From Paragordius varius (Eukaryota > Animalia > Nematomorpha): a stretch of 64,000 nt of DNA. The position numbers and the translations under genes are program-made. A model generated the notes under the pieces. The model was not told the origin of the DNA. It did not search any database and saw only the letters and a program-made list of their open reading frames with translations. Positions 14,051-28,200 of this stretch are shown here, in pieces; position 1 is the stretch's first letter, and each line of letters opens with the position of its first letter. The DNA lies in the NCBI GenBank assembly GCA_964247055.1, contig OZ176053.1, positions 9,858,001-9,922,000 on the forward strand, read 5' to 3'.

Positions 14051-17000
14051 TATTTTGATATTTATTAAACACATCATGACTTTTTACCTTTTTTCCCGTG
14101 TTGAAATTCGTTTTTAAATTTAATTATTTAAGATTATTCTTTCGATGGGGAAGCTTTTCTTTTTTAATAGATTTTAAAATTGGCTTTAAAATAAGATTTA
14201 ACTAAATAGTGTTAAAATCAATATATATCAAGTTTTTGCTGGTAAATGGCAACCTGAAAGCTCAGTTAAGTTTATTACCATATTAAACAGCTTATTTGCA
14301 TATTGTATTAGCGAATAAAAAATTTGAAGAAATGGTGCGAAAAAATTGAGCTGAGGATTTTTCAAAATTTTATTTTTTGAAAATATGTCATATGTGCCTA
14401 AAATGCTAAAGAAGGCATATATTTAAATTCGGCCCAATACTTTAAATTTTATCCCAACAGATTATAAAGTGTTATGCTAAAGAAACCAAAATACACTGTA
14501 AAAAACAGTACATTTACAGTAATTATGATAATCTAAATGCCTTTAAAACAACCAATTAGTTATAAATAATTTTTAAACAAATAACTATTTCATAGTAAAT
14601 TTAATAATAAATTTGTTTTTTTCGTGCGATGAAAGTTTTATATATAAATTAGCATATGGGTATCACTCCTGATATTGTCATAGCTCTTCGGGCATTCAAA
14701 TCCATACCGTATTAGCTGCAGGTAACATTATTAATCTTTTTTTATATATAATATATTTTATATTATAGGTTATTAAAATTCATAAGTTTTTTTGCATGAT
14801 AATTTATTAAAATATTAGGTAGTTAATTAGAATATAACTGTTATATAGGTCATTTTGTAGTTAATAAATTTAACAAATATATTTAACAATTTTTTTGTAA
14901 TATGCATAAGCTGAATTTTTTGTCTTGCGCTATTTTTTGCTTGTTCATGGTTTAAATTCCTACATAATTATCCATCTTTTTTTATTCATTGAATTCGTAA
15001 AATTTTGTACCGCCCTAAATCCGTCATTTTAATTATTTACACAGTGAATTTTTTGATTAAAATTTCATACATACGAATATTTTTATTGCAAATACAAAAT
15101 ATAAATTTATGATTCCCTTCATATTCCTTAAGTGATTTATCCTTCGCCATGACCGTGAATTAGTTGTATAGGTTTTTTTGTTTTATTTTTATTGTTATAA
15201 AAATTTTAATTTTAAAACTGTCGCATATGAATATTATTTTTCAGATAACAAGGTTCAATATCAATCTAATATTATTCCTTGGTAGGGTGCGATAAAGTAT
15301 TATAAAAGCATAGTGTATTTTTCGTTAAAAATTCCAAAAACGCAAAATTTATTTATAAAAACTTTTTATTTTTAAGAATTTTGAAATTTGATTCGACATC
15401 ACCGTTTCACACATGTGATATGTTCCCACATGCAGCCTTGAATAGCTTATTCATTCATGTAAATTGAATAATTTTCATTAAATATGCAAAGTTTTTTTTG
15501 AAATAAAAAGTTAATAGCGCTCGATAGTTCAAATAATTAAATGATGTTTTTTATATATTTTAATTTTATACGGCTTTCGTGAGGATAATTATTTAAAACT
15601 AATGTTGTGTAATGCATGAATATATTAATTTACAGGGCGAACCCCAAAAGCATTTTTATTTTCGGCATATAACGTCCATTTTTAAAATGTTATTTTTAGG
15701 TTATACCGATACTTTTTAAAATCGGCTAAAAAATCATTTTATCCGAATATGCTTAACTTAAGCCCAAATAATCCTTTTAAATACGTTTTTATAGTTGAAA
15801 TAATATATATATAATTAATTTTTCAAATGGCCAAATTTAAATTTGTTTATTGGTCGTAACTTTTGATATTTATTTTTTTGTCTTTATTGCCGCCATTGCA
15901 TTTACAACAAGGTCACTTTTGTAAGAAGTAACCAAATTTTATTCGATCAAGTAAAAAACACTATATTGTAAACGATAGAAGTTGTGTATATTATATTTAT
16001 TTTCCGTTAATCACTGTAAATTTAATCTTGGATTTTGAGTTTAGTATCCTGTTTGTCGTAAATAGTTACTTCAATTATTGCTTTTGACTAAAATTTTTTA
16101 TGCGTGTCCGTTTCTCTTTTAAATTTCTAAATTTTACACGTAATTTCAAAAAATGAATAACCCAAAAATATTCGAATGTTTCCCGACATATAGCGATACC
16201 AACCACTTGTTTTAATATTATAATCCTAATTGTTTTGGTTGTATCATTAAATTCAACCAAAAAAGTTTTATTATCGTGCCTGATTTTAGGTTTTCTATCT
16301 ATCACACTACTTACCCTGTTTTCATATAAAACAGTGAATATTGAACAGTTAACCTTTTTTTTCGACTAATAAATTGAACAACATTCATTATCATGAAATC
16401 GACTAAGAATGACATTCTTTCTTTTTAAAGCATATAACAAATTTAATTGATTTTTTTTCGATGCCAAATTTATACATGTGCTTTTTTAGTATACACTGTT
16501 TAACTCTTTATATAGCAATAGCAAGCTTATATATATTGGCAAACTACATTTCTATATGTATATATAATTTGTTTATGTCGTAAGTTTGATCCTTATTTTT
16601 ATGTTAGAGTCTTTTATCGAATTAATCACAAACGCACATGACAAAGAAAGATTTTATTTTTTGCGATTTTGTTTATTTAAACAAGTTGCAAATCTATACG
16701 CTCTTTATGCCATGTAATATGTCTATATTGATGAGCTAATTGGTTTTGTAATTATACATACATTAGTTCTTGGCATATTGTATAGTGTAGTTTTTTGTTT
16801 GCAATAAAGCAGTTCTTTTTACCTGTCTACCTGCCTATCCACGTTTATTTAAGTTTTTCAAACCAACGCGAGCTCTATACTTTTATCTATCCAACTATAA
16901 TTTATTACTTTTTTGGTGACAAAAATATATATAATTTTAAAGATTTTTGGATATTTTTTTCAAAATTTATACACCTGAATATATTTAAAATTCAGTTTTA

Positions 17001-17736
17001 GCTTCCTTTAAAGTCATATCCCTTCTAAGTTGGTTTCTTATATTTTGGCTTTTTTTCCCTTTATTATGAAAAAATGTATACCATAAATTAAAGGGTGGTT
17101 TTCATGTCAAATGGTGCACCGCGTAACGTTATCATAGCGTTATCATATCATATCGTTTTTAATATAAAATTAATGAAAAATATAAAAAAGGTAAATAATA
17201 ATAATAATAATATATTTTTAATTATAAGAGAAAAGGAAAGGGAAACCATATTATTTATTTAAATTCCCCACCCACTCTATGCTTTATTTTTTTTATTTTA
17301 GCTAATTAATAGTAATTACCCTAAAAAATTGCGTGTGTATACATACACGCATAACGCACCCCCCTTACCTTTATTATAGGTGCCTAATTAACTATGTATC
17401 CATATATATTTCCCATTTTGTTTAAGTATTGTATATAATAGTTAAATAATTGATTTTTGCTATATGGATGATTTGTTAGGACTTTTATATATCTCATCTT
17501 ATTTAATTTAAAATGTTTGTTTTATAGCTTTGGATATATGGGGCATAATACAAAGTTTATTTTTTATTTACATTAGTATATACAAAATTAAATCAATAGT
17601 TACAATTTTGTCTAGTCAGATATTGAATCGATAAGTTTTCTGTTATTGTAATTTCTACTACATTCGTTTTTTATTTTAGGTGATTTTTAAGCCAATAAAA
17701 TGAGAGTTGGAATTTAATTTAAGGTAATTTTTATGT

Positions 17737-17738
<2 letters not shown>

Positions 17739-17788
<50 letters not shown>
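17739..17788. repeat. (AT)n microsatellite
   Basis: About 50 nt of uninterrupted AT dinucleotide; shorter ones at ~6960, ~22238 and ~42340. Confidence 0.9.
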
Positions 17789-17794
<6 letters not shown>

Positions 17795-20264
17795 TATTAT
17801 AAAAGTTGTTTCTGTTCCATTATTACCTATAAATTTTAGGTACTTTCTAAAGTTTTTTCTTGTTGAATTTAAAATCTAAGTTTTTGATTTTATTATGTAT
17901 TTATACTTTCGCCATAATTGTCTAATGTCAAGGTTAGTGGTTAATATTGTTTTTTATTTAAACACAAAGAGTGGACATGAAACCAATCCAATAATATAAG
18001 TTATTCTCAGTGTAGATATAATAAAATTTTATTATTCACATGTATAGATAAAAAAGTGTGTGTTGTCTAAATTAATCAATCATCATTTAATGTAAGATAT
18101 TGGAAGCAAGCTTTTTTTGAGTACTATTGTTTGTAAAATGTATCTTATCCACATATTTTGGTCAACGAGAAATTGTCATGATATATTGTTTATATTAAGT
18201 GTTGAGAGTTTTTATTACGTTTACTTATATATATATATATAATTATATAAATATATCCCTGACCGCTTTTATACTACTTTTCATTCAATGTCTCATCTAT
18301 TTTCTTGCTTTCTTTACATATATATATATATATTTGAAAACATTAGTTAGTTAAACACATATATTGTGATATTTACCTCACACGGCTATAAAAAAGTTAT
18401 ATTAATAAAATATTATCAAAACCATATAATTTCAAAACATATTAAGGAGTTGCTATCTACTTATAAAAAATGTACTTGTCCGTTAAAATATCCGTAACTG
18501 TTATTTTTCAACATCGTAACACAATTATTTTTTTACGTTTAACCTTTTGGCCCTTGTAATAATTATTTTACATATTGTGTTTTAATGTGAAAGTGAAAAC
18601 GAATAGGCATAAAATCAGTCTTTGGTCCGTTTATTAAACGCCTCTACTTTTTTTTCGTTATAGTTTTCAAAAAATCTTTTGAAACTTTAATAATGTAATG
18701 TATCATCACCTCTTATATTCACAAAGAAGGAGGTTAGTAGTGGTTAAATGGTTAGTTGTTAAATGTAATTTACAAGAGTTATGTATAATTTTTAATGTCT
18801 TTTGGTCTTTTCCTTTGATCTCTGTGTCGCACTCCGTTTGTTTTGTTAATGTAAGATTGATCATACATATAATTATACCATAACATGTGAATAATTTTGA
18901 TTTTTTAACATGGTTACTTCATAAACATTGCAAGGAATGATGTTTCATTATTATAAATGGTTTTTCCTAAAAAATAAATTTTGATCTTTAGAACGGATTT
19001 CATGTGTGTTAATTTGTATGAAAAGTTTGCACTTACTTTTTGTGAAACCAAATAGTAAAATTTTGCTTTGATGTTAACTTGTTAACTGACTAGTTACTAA
19101 CCAATTTTTGTTTGAAATTAACATCTTAGCTTGTTAACTAAAGCTTGGAATTATATAAATTATGATTTACGAATCATCTTACTTACTAAAAGCAACAAGA
19201 TATTTGATTAAATAATATAGAAAGTCTCGATAAAACTTTTTCCCGTTTTAAAAAACGAAACATGTAAATCCATTAAATAACTTTTTTAAGAGAGTTTGTA
19301 TTTTACCTTTGTACAGCAACCTTTAAAATGTCTCTAATAAATCTACGTAAGAAATGGACGCTTTATATGTTGTTTTTGTCCCATTATCAAAATACGTTTT
19401 TGAAATACTTTTGAATAATTGCGGCTGAAAATAAAAAAAACTTATTATTTATGCGTATTGATATATTAAAAAGTTTTTCTAAAGGGTAAAACTCATTTGT
19501 TAATTTTTTTAATATTTTGGTAAATACTCTTTTTGCTTTATAATCCTCCAAGAATTCCATACCTTATTACATATAATTATAATGTTAAACAAGGCACCAA
19601 TATACATCATATATGGTAATAATTATTATTATATCGGATGATATATATGATTAATAACTCGATTAAGCGAATGGATAATTATATAATTAAATATTTTTTT
19701 CGAAATATTTGTTATGTAATTTAATTCCATCAATTATAGGAAACTTTTAGTTTAATTTATAAACTATTTTATTTTATTAGAAAAAGGTAAACTCCTCCAG
19801 TAACACATTCAATCCATCAATCCCTTACTTACACGATGATCCCCCCTTTATTCGAACTCTAACATATGTTATTGATTCCTATGGTACTTTAAAACATTAT
19901 TAATCCATCTATAAAAGATTCACACTAAATTAAATTTTAAAATGCACGCTATATACATGGTATCAATCAACCATTAGAAATGGCTGGTAAGTGAATAATG
20001 CTTTTTGTTGTGCCCAGAAGTTCTACCTATAGAAAACACCACGGTTTCAATTTGGATTCGATATAAATAATTTCTTGTCAAACCACTAAAACAATTAATA
20101 AGGGATGTGTGGGCATGTTTGCTAAATGATATTACATATATGCCATTTTACAGTTTCCTATTTCTAAATGAATGCTTGCGTTTGTTAAATATCTTGTATT
20201 TTTGATCAACTTTACGTAAATTCTGTGACAAAGTTTTGATATATCGAGTCATACGCAAAACGTA

Positions 20265-22233
20265 ATGACATCACCCATAAAGGCTCTTAACAGCCCTAGA
20301 ATCTTAAGTTTACTATCCTGTGGCCTTAAAACACTATTCTTAACAACTATTGTGTGTTATATTATTCTTCACTATTTTTTGCCATACATCCGACCTAAAC
20401 GACAAAAACGGCAGTATAACATGATTGATAATACATCTATAAAAATTGTAGAGTCACCGATCAAAATATGGGAAGTAGTGTATAATGTGTACTACCCATT
20501 ATTATATTCTCTATTTGCTCATTTAACAAAATTTGTACATGATATGATGATGACTTTTGGGTATTTGATGCATCATAACAATGCAATAAATTTATCAAAA
20601 TTTTATGCGCTGACGCTAAAACCCAAACTTCCTACGAATACTAGGATCCCCAAGGATTCTGGTGTTTTGTCCCATTTTACAGCAAACGTTTTAGCGTTTT
20701 TCACCTTTTACACCTTAAAATTTACTCATGGGATCACCCATTTTTTCAATTACATTGTCAGTATTACATCAATATGCTTATTACAATTATTTCATGTGTC
20801 ATCAAGTGAAAACAGCAGGCATACATCTTTGTTACATCCAACGATCCAGTTATCGTCGCTGAGTATGCAAACTTTTATATATCAAAAATACCGTCAAATA
20901 TCCAATTTTTTCAACAAAATAGTTACTACCAGCATCATCTCTAAGAGGCTCATAATGATAAAATTTGTTTCTCAGGTCCTCCATACATCTTACACCACCA
21001 TAAAATATCCATGTTTTTTCAGACATAAATACCTCCGCATATCATCAACACATTGGTTTACTTTTGTATATTTTGTTGCAAGTCTCCATACAACATTATC
21101 TACAATCAATAATGCCGTATATGATGAACACAATGGTGGGGGTGAATATTACCGACAGGATAGGGATATACCCCCCGACTATTCAAATCAATTTATTGTC
21201 AAACTTAGGAGAGATACGAACCTAACAAACTTTTCCATAACACACAATGCTAAATTGTTGGCACTTTTGGTATATATATATATATTACTATTTTTCTGAC
21301 TTGTCTATTTTTATTTTCGGTGTAGATAGTTTTACAACTTTAAAATAAAAGTTTAATTATTGTGATATATATTAAACAAATAATTTTTTTATTTTTGACC
21401 CATACATAGTTTAATATAAACTTGTGGTTTAAATTAATATCCTGTGTTATACACACATATAATATATGAATTTAGGTAACTGATGGTAACATCTTAGTAA
21501 TAAATCTATTATCATAAATTATATTTTAATTAATTTGCTATTATTTAGGATTCCGACGAATATCATGTTTCATTACCCAATCACAAAAGTAAACGATCCA
21601 TACATCATTCGTCATCACAAACCCATTCTTTTTTTAGCGTATGATGATTTTGTTTTCTAATCATGCACAATTTTAAACAATAACATTTTTTCTTTATAGT
21701 TTTATAATTTAATTGGTCAAAAATTATGAAATGTCAATTTTTTTTGTTTTACATATTATTATCAGGATTCTGACATTGAAAGATTTGAACAATTACGTGT
21801 ACTAAAACGGGTCAAACGAGTAGCCGAGGAGTATGCACCTCATTACTTTAAACAGTCTTTCAATGATCCCTATTATCAAAATCAATGGTATTTGGTAAGG
21901 AGTTATGCCTTTATATATATTTATATGAATAATATGGGATTATGAGACCATTTTGCTTACATAGCATATTTAATTACTTTCAAATTTTAATTTTTATACA
22001 TGTGAGTAAGGTTGTAATTTTAGCGCAATTAACTTGACCGAAAAAACGTTAGACTTAAATCTTAAAAATCCAAGCGATTCACTAACTAAAAAAGGTGGTG
22101 AAAGATATCCATCTCGTTTATTGATTAAATATTAATTAATTTTTATATTTTTAATGTATGTAAGGTACAGGAATGACTTATAATAAAATTTGTAGAATGG
22201 TTGTCAGAAAAATTGTTTTACAATACATTTATG

Positions 22234-22269
<36 letters not shown>

Positions 22270-25200
22270 CAGAATTTTTATGATACATATAACAAATATT
22301 TTTATTAGGCCAAAAATCTATAAATTTATGACTAGATATAATTTATTCATTTTCACAATTCTCTGAGCGCAACTTACATTCCCAAATTAACATTTAAATA
22401 ACTTGGATATATTGCTAATTTATAATTGTCTTAAAAATTTATTACAGCCACTGTGGATATAAATTACACAAAACATTGTAAGATAATTGCCATTTTTACA
22501 CAAAATAATTTGTTGACAATAATTTTTATTTCGTTTTTATGTATATTTAAAATCATATCAATATAATTTAAAATTTTGCTTTATTTAAATCGATTCTTTA
22601 AAATCCTTATTTAATAATATACCTACGGTTACTAAGTTGGTAATTTTTCAACCCATATAGTTTTTGTCTTTAATTGTATTTGTTTATTTATGTTTAACTT
22701 AATTAAATTAAAACATATTATGTTACACTTGGTTTTATTTGAAAGAAAAGGGCTTGAGTTATAACGATAGAAATTATAAGGTATAAAAACAATAATTAAG
22801 TTTTGTATAAACAACAACCAACAAATTGAAAATAATAATAATTTATGATTATAAAACTTATCAAGAAATTAATTAAAATGCAATAATAACATCTTTTAAC
22901 TCTTGGTTTGTAATTGTTAAACAGGATCGACAGCCAGGATTAGATTTGAACGTAGCTCAGGCATGGGCCCTCAAATACACGGGCAGAAATGTGGTTGTCA
23001 CTATTCTCGATGATGGAATCGAAAAAGATAATCCTGACCTCAAAGATAACTATGTTTTTACCTTTTTTATTTGCAATTCATCTTTTTTTTTCGATTTGTA
23101 AATCAAATTTTTACCAATTGATGCATTCATGATTGTAAGTAACTGCTTTGGTTTTTTTATAACCAAAAAGATTATAAATATATATTTATCACATGATTTA
23201 AATTAAATATCGAGTAAAACTTAGTTTTTTTATTTTAATAATAATTATTATAAAATCTGTATGATTGACTGTCTTTGTTGCATTTTGTCCTTTGTAATAT
23301 ATATATATATAAGTCTGCATTTGTACTAATGATTATAGTTCGTTATGACTGTGAATCTAAACTAGTCAAAAACTTAAAACAAAAAATATAATTTTATGGT
23401 TATATAATTCTAGGATGGATTAGCTTCTTACGACATAAATGATAATGATGATGATCCACAACCACGTTATGATATTAGCAATGAAAACAAGTCAGAATAC
23501 TTTATTTGCCTCCTAAATAAATTTATATAATATATTTCCTAGTTAGTATATTTACAAGCTAAATACTGTTAGTATAGTAGGTTATTGGTTACATACAATA
23601 TTATAGCTTTTCGTTTTTTACCATTTCTAAAAATTTGATGATGTTGTAAATGATATATTAATTAAAATTATAGTAATATAGTTTGTATTTTAGTAAATAA
23701 CAAAAAAAGGTTTTGAAAAATTTTTTTTTTCTAATGTATTATTTTTACAAATATCTTAGGCATGGCACACGTTGTGCCGGAGAAGTTGCTGCTGTTGCGA
23801 ATAACTCGATTTGCATTGTTGGCGTGGCTTTTGGCGCAAATATTGGAGGTTAACCATTTTTACTCATTTTTAAACACAAAGTTTGGTTAAAAATATTGCA
23901 ATGCCTCCTTTTTTTTAAATAATTGTAAAGTGATATCCTTAAAATTTAAAAACAGCTTTATATGTGTGCAATCTGATTACGCATGTATTTTTAACCTAAA
24001 TTAAATTAAAACTTAGTTTTTACGATATATTCGCTTTTACATTCTTACGGGGGAGGGGGGAATTATAAGGAGGAGGGGCTATGACAACTAAAAAAATTGC
24101 CTAATTAAAAACTCAGATTTCAGGGTTTGGAACAGGTCCAAATAAATTGAACCGAAACCGCATCGTTCCTGAAATGTTGGAGTCGAAACCTTAGTGTTAT
24201 TATCCTTAAAAATGTAATTTAACCAGACTTATATCTAAAAAAGATGGAACCGACGGGATTGTTCTCTAATAAATGGAACCAGATTAAATAATCTATTGGA
24301 GAACCGATTTTTATTCACATTTCAGAACCTGAATTTTGTATTTGCCTTTTCTGGCTATTATAGGATCTCCTTTTTTATTTTACCAAAACATTTATATTTA
24401 TACAGGTGTACGAATGTTGGATGGAGATGTAACTGATGCCGTGGAGGCCAGAGCTCTAAGCCTAAATCCACAACACATTGACATTTATTCAGCCAGTTGG
24501 GGTCCTGACGATGATGGCAAAACGTTAGATGGCCCCGGACGCTTAGCAACTAAAGCTTTTTATGAAGGCGTTACATATGTACGTTCAAAATTATTTTATT
24601 TATTGAATTTACATTAAGTATAATTTACAGTATAAAAAATACATTGCTAGCTTTTTATTAATTATTGCCGGTTTGTTTTTACAATAAAGAGCACTATGAT
24701 GAGGGATATAAGTTGGTTTATATATTTATTGTATTTTTTTCGTTTTTTGTTCTTTTAAGCCCTTTTACTGTAAATGTTATCTGGCAATATTTAATGGAAA
24801 AAATAGCAGTGTATTTTTACTCACACTATATCTATATACTAATTACAATATATACACTTAAATAGGTTAAATGAAAAGAATTGTTTTAATGCATGTCATT
24901 TTTATGAAGAAATAATCTTAACACTTTAGATATGTATAAATTATATAGTTAACCTAAATGTTAAATATCTAATTTTTGTTACATTATTGTGTCTACTGTG
25001 GATTTAGGGTCGACGTGGATTAGGATCAATCTTTGCATGGGCATCCGGGAACGGAGGTCGTGACAAGGATAATTGCAATTGTGATGGTTATACCAATTCA
25101 CGATACACGCTAAGCATTAGTTCGGCTACGGAAAGTGGACGTGTCCCCTGGTATTCGGAATCTTGTTCATCCACATTAGCTACAACATATTCCTCAGGTT

Positions 25201-28200
25201 TTTACTGAATTAGAAAGAAATATACAGTTTAGATCGGCCGTCACCAAAAATTTTAAAGGGCCATATAAGATATTTTTTGTCTCAGGGGCGGATTATAAAA
25301 TATCGACAAATTGTGCATAGCTGTGTAAATATTTATGCTCTAAATCAAATAAATGAATCAAATAAATGAATAATTGGCCATAAAAAGCACCTTTAGAGCC
25401 TCATACAACATATGGGCCCAGTTTGAGTATTACCGGTTTCGAGTTTCCTTTTCCCTTTTTTTTATTAAAGAGTAAGGAGATTAAATAAGTAAAATTTAAT
25501 GACCGCCTGCCCAGGCCTGACAGTGAGATTTTACAAATGTGGCTCAAAATATTGGATTTGGTTAGGGTTATCACTTGATTAGAATTGTAATATATAATAA
25601 TTACAAAAAATTTGTGATATTTTAAAATTATTAATGTACTTAATATATTTAACACTTTCAATACCAATTTTAACCGCTACCCTTATTTTGTTTTAAATTG
25701 TCAGCGAAAACGAATATTTTATGTTAAAATAATAATTTGAATTCTCATAAAATTTATTGAATTATAATCAAAATTTTCGATACATTGTAGTATCTTTTTA
25801 AATGGATTAACTAAAAACAAAAGAGAACAATAATGATAAAATATATTTAAAACAAAATTTGAAAAAAAATATTATAAATTATGATAAAAACAAAAGTTTT
25901 AATTATTACAAAATATTCACGTTGGTAATCACGTATTTACCAAGAATGACTGTGGCTTATAAGCGGTCAGACCCGTTACTATTTTTAACCCGTAAAAAAC
26001 CCAATCCTAGATGTGGTGTTTGTGAAAAATTAATTTATATATTAACTTTTGTCTAATTTGGCTAGGGAGTGTTATGGAACACAAAATTGTTAGCACTGAT
26101 TTGCGACACGGATGCACGGAAAGTCATACAGGTTTTTTAAAACAAAAATGAATAAAGAATTTTAAATATCAAATTAGCCATTTTTGACAATTTTTATATT
26201 TCTATAAAGGTACATCTGCTTCAGCCCCTTTGGCAGCTGGAATCTTGGCTTTAACCCTTGAAGCTAATCCTAACCTCGGATGGAGAGATATGCAACATTT
26301 GGTTGTGTTAACATCCAAGTAATTTTAATTGTTAAAGCGAAATAGTTGGGATTTTGAAATCAGTGTCGAATATAATTTTAGCTGCTTTAATTAGTGGTTA
26401 TAACAATATAAAAAGTTAATAAATTGGCCAAAATATTTAATTATGAGTTGTAAACACCCATGACTGCAAAACGGTAGATTGGTTATTTGTCCTTATATTT
26501 TTTGACCCTTTTAAAACCATATATATATCATTGTTAACCTAATAGAAAATTTTATAAAAAGGTGTTGTTTATTAGGTTTTTTACATTTACATCTTTTAAT
26601 TTTTGTTTTACTTTTTTTTGGACGGGAATAGCGCCACCAATTTAATCGTTGATGATTGGACAACGAATGGTGTTGGCCGCAAAGTTTCTCACAGTTTTGG
26701 TTATGGTATGATGGATGCAGGAGCTATGGTTCGTCTTGCCCGTAAATGGATTAATGTCTCCCCTGATAATAATTGCACCGTTTTTAATATTCGCCAGAGT
26801 GGCGTTATACGCCCCTATGGAAGCATTAAATTTAGCTTGGAAACTGATGGTTGTCTAGGTCGTAGCACGACTGGTTTAAATAGGTTGCCACACTTTTTTT
26901 TCGTACTACACAATTCATTTTGTTTGCGATAGGCGATAGTATAAAATAATTGATATTATAAAACTTATATTATATTTCAATTTCGTTTACAATAAAAAGA
27001 TTGCGAGCATAAACGGATAATATTGGTATATTAAATCATCCTTAGGGCTAAAAATCTTAAATCATCAATCAATTTATTGATTGGTATCCAAATGTTATAC
27101 GATCTTTTTATCATTATAACATAAATTCGTATATTGTGTATAATAATTAATTAAATATCTTTTCCACTACTTTACATAATATCATTTTGTTTTATGCATG
27201 CAACACAGAAACTTTGTTAACTATTTCGCCAATCCCGGAGGTTATGATGATTCCAATATGGATACGTATAGTCAGGGAAATCATGTTAAATATCTTGAAC
27301 ATGTGGAAGCTCGTATTACCCTAAACTCCAAAAAACGTGGCCAAATTGAAATATTTTTAACATCTCCATCAGGTTCAATAATATTATATTTTATATTATT
27401 TCTTATATCATTGATTTTTTTAATTTGCTGCTTTCTTAATCTTCACAAAGTATGTTAAATTTATTTTTTTTGCCAACAAGGCACGACATCCAAACTTTTA
27501 TTCAAACGACCTAATGATCATTCTATGGCTGGTATCATTTCATGGCCGTTCATGACGACACACAATTGGGGAGAAATGTCCTACGGGACATGGGAGTTGG
27601 AAATTACGAACGGAGACAGTCAACCAGGTAGGTTTATAGTTTTTTCTGTTTTTGTTTAAATTTTGAAATGTTAAGGCGTAAAATTTGTTCAAAATCTAAG
27701 TGTTTTTGTATAGAGCTGCAATATAAAAAAACCTGGCTATTATTTCATACAGCCAACCATATTAATTTTTTGTAGAAATTCATTTTTTAACCCACGGTTT
27801 GACTTTATTGTATTGGCTATATAAAAAATCATAATATATGGTTGATTTACTGAAAATAAATCTGTTTTCATTTTTATTGTGACTGTTTCATAAAAAAACA
27901 AAAACTTTTCCTTACCCATTTTATGCCTTATCATTCTAAACTTTGTAGTATGGTTATTTCCCCGAGCTCAAGCTTTATCACTTTATTTTATACTATTTTA
28001 TACTTTATTACATAGCGGAACTTGTTAAATGGGCCCTAACAATGCACGGAACCGAAACGCAACCCGAAACCCTGGCTAAAATGTCTTTTCTGCAAAACCC
28101 TTCGGCTGCCTCATCCGATGCCACGTCAATCCATTCTTCATCCTCCTCCTCGATGGACGAGGCTAATGAAGTATCCTCTTCTTCGGATAAAGACACAAGC

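Noticed and set aside
16075-16305. 76-aa minus-strand ORF near a gtaagt donor
   Set aside because: Non-ATG start, no recognisable domain, no partner exon.
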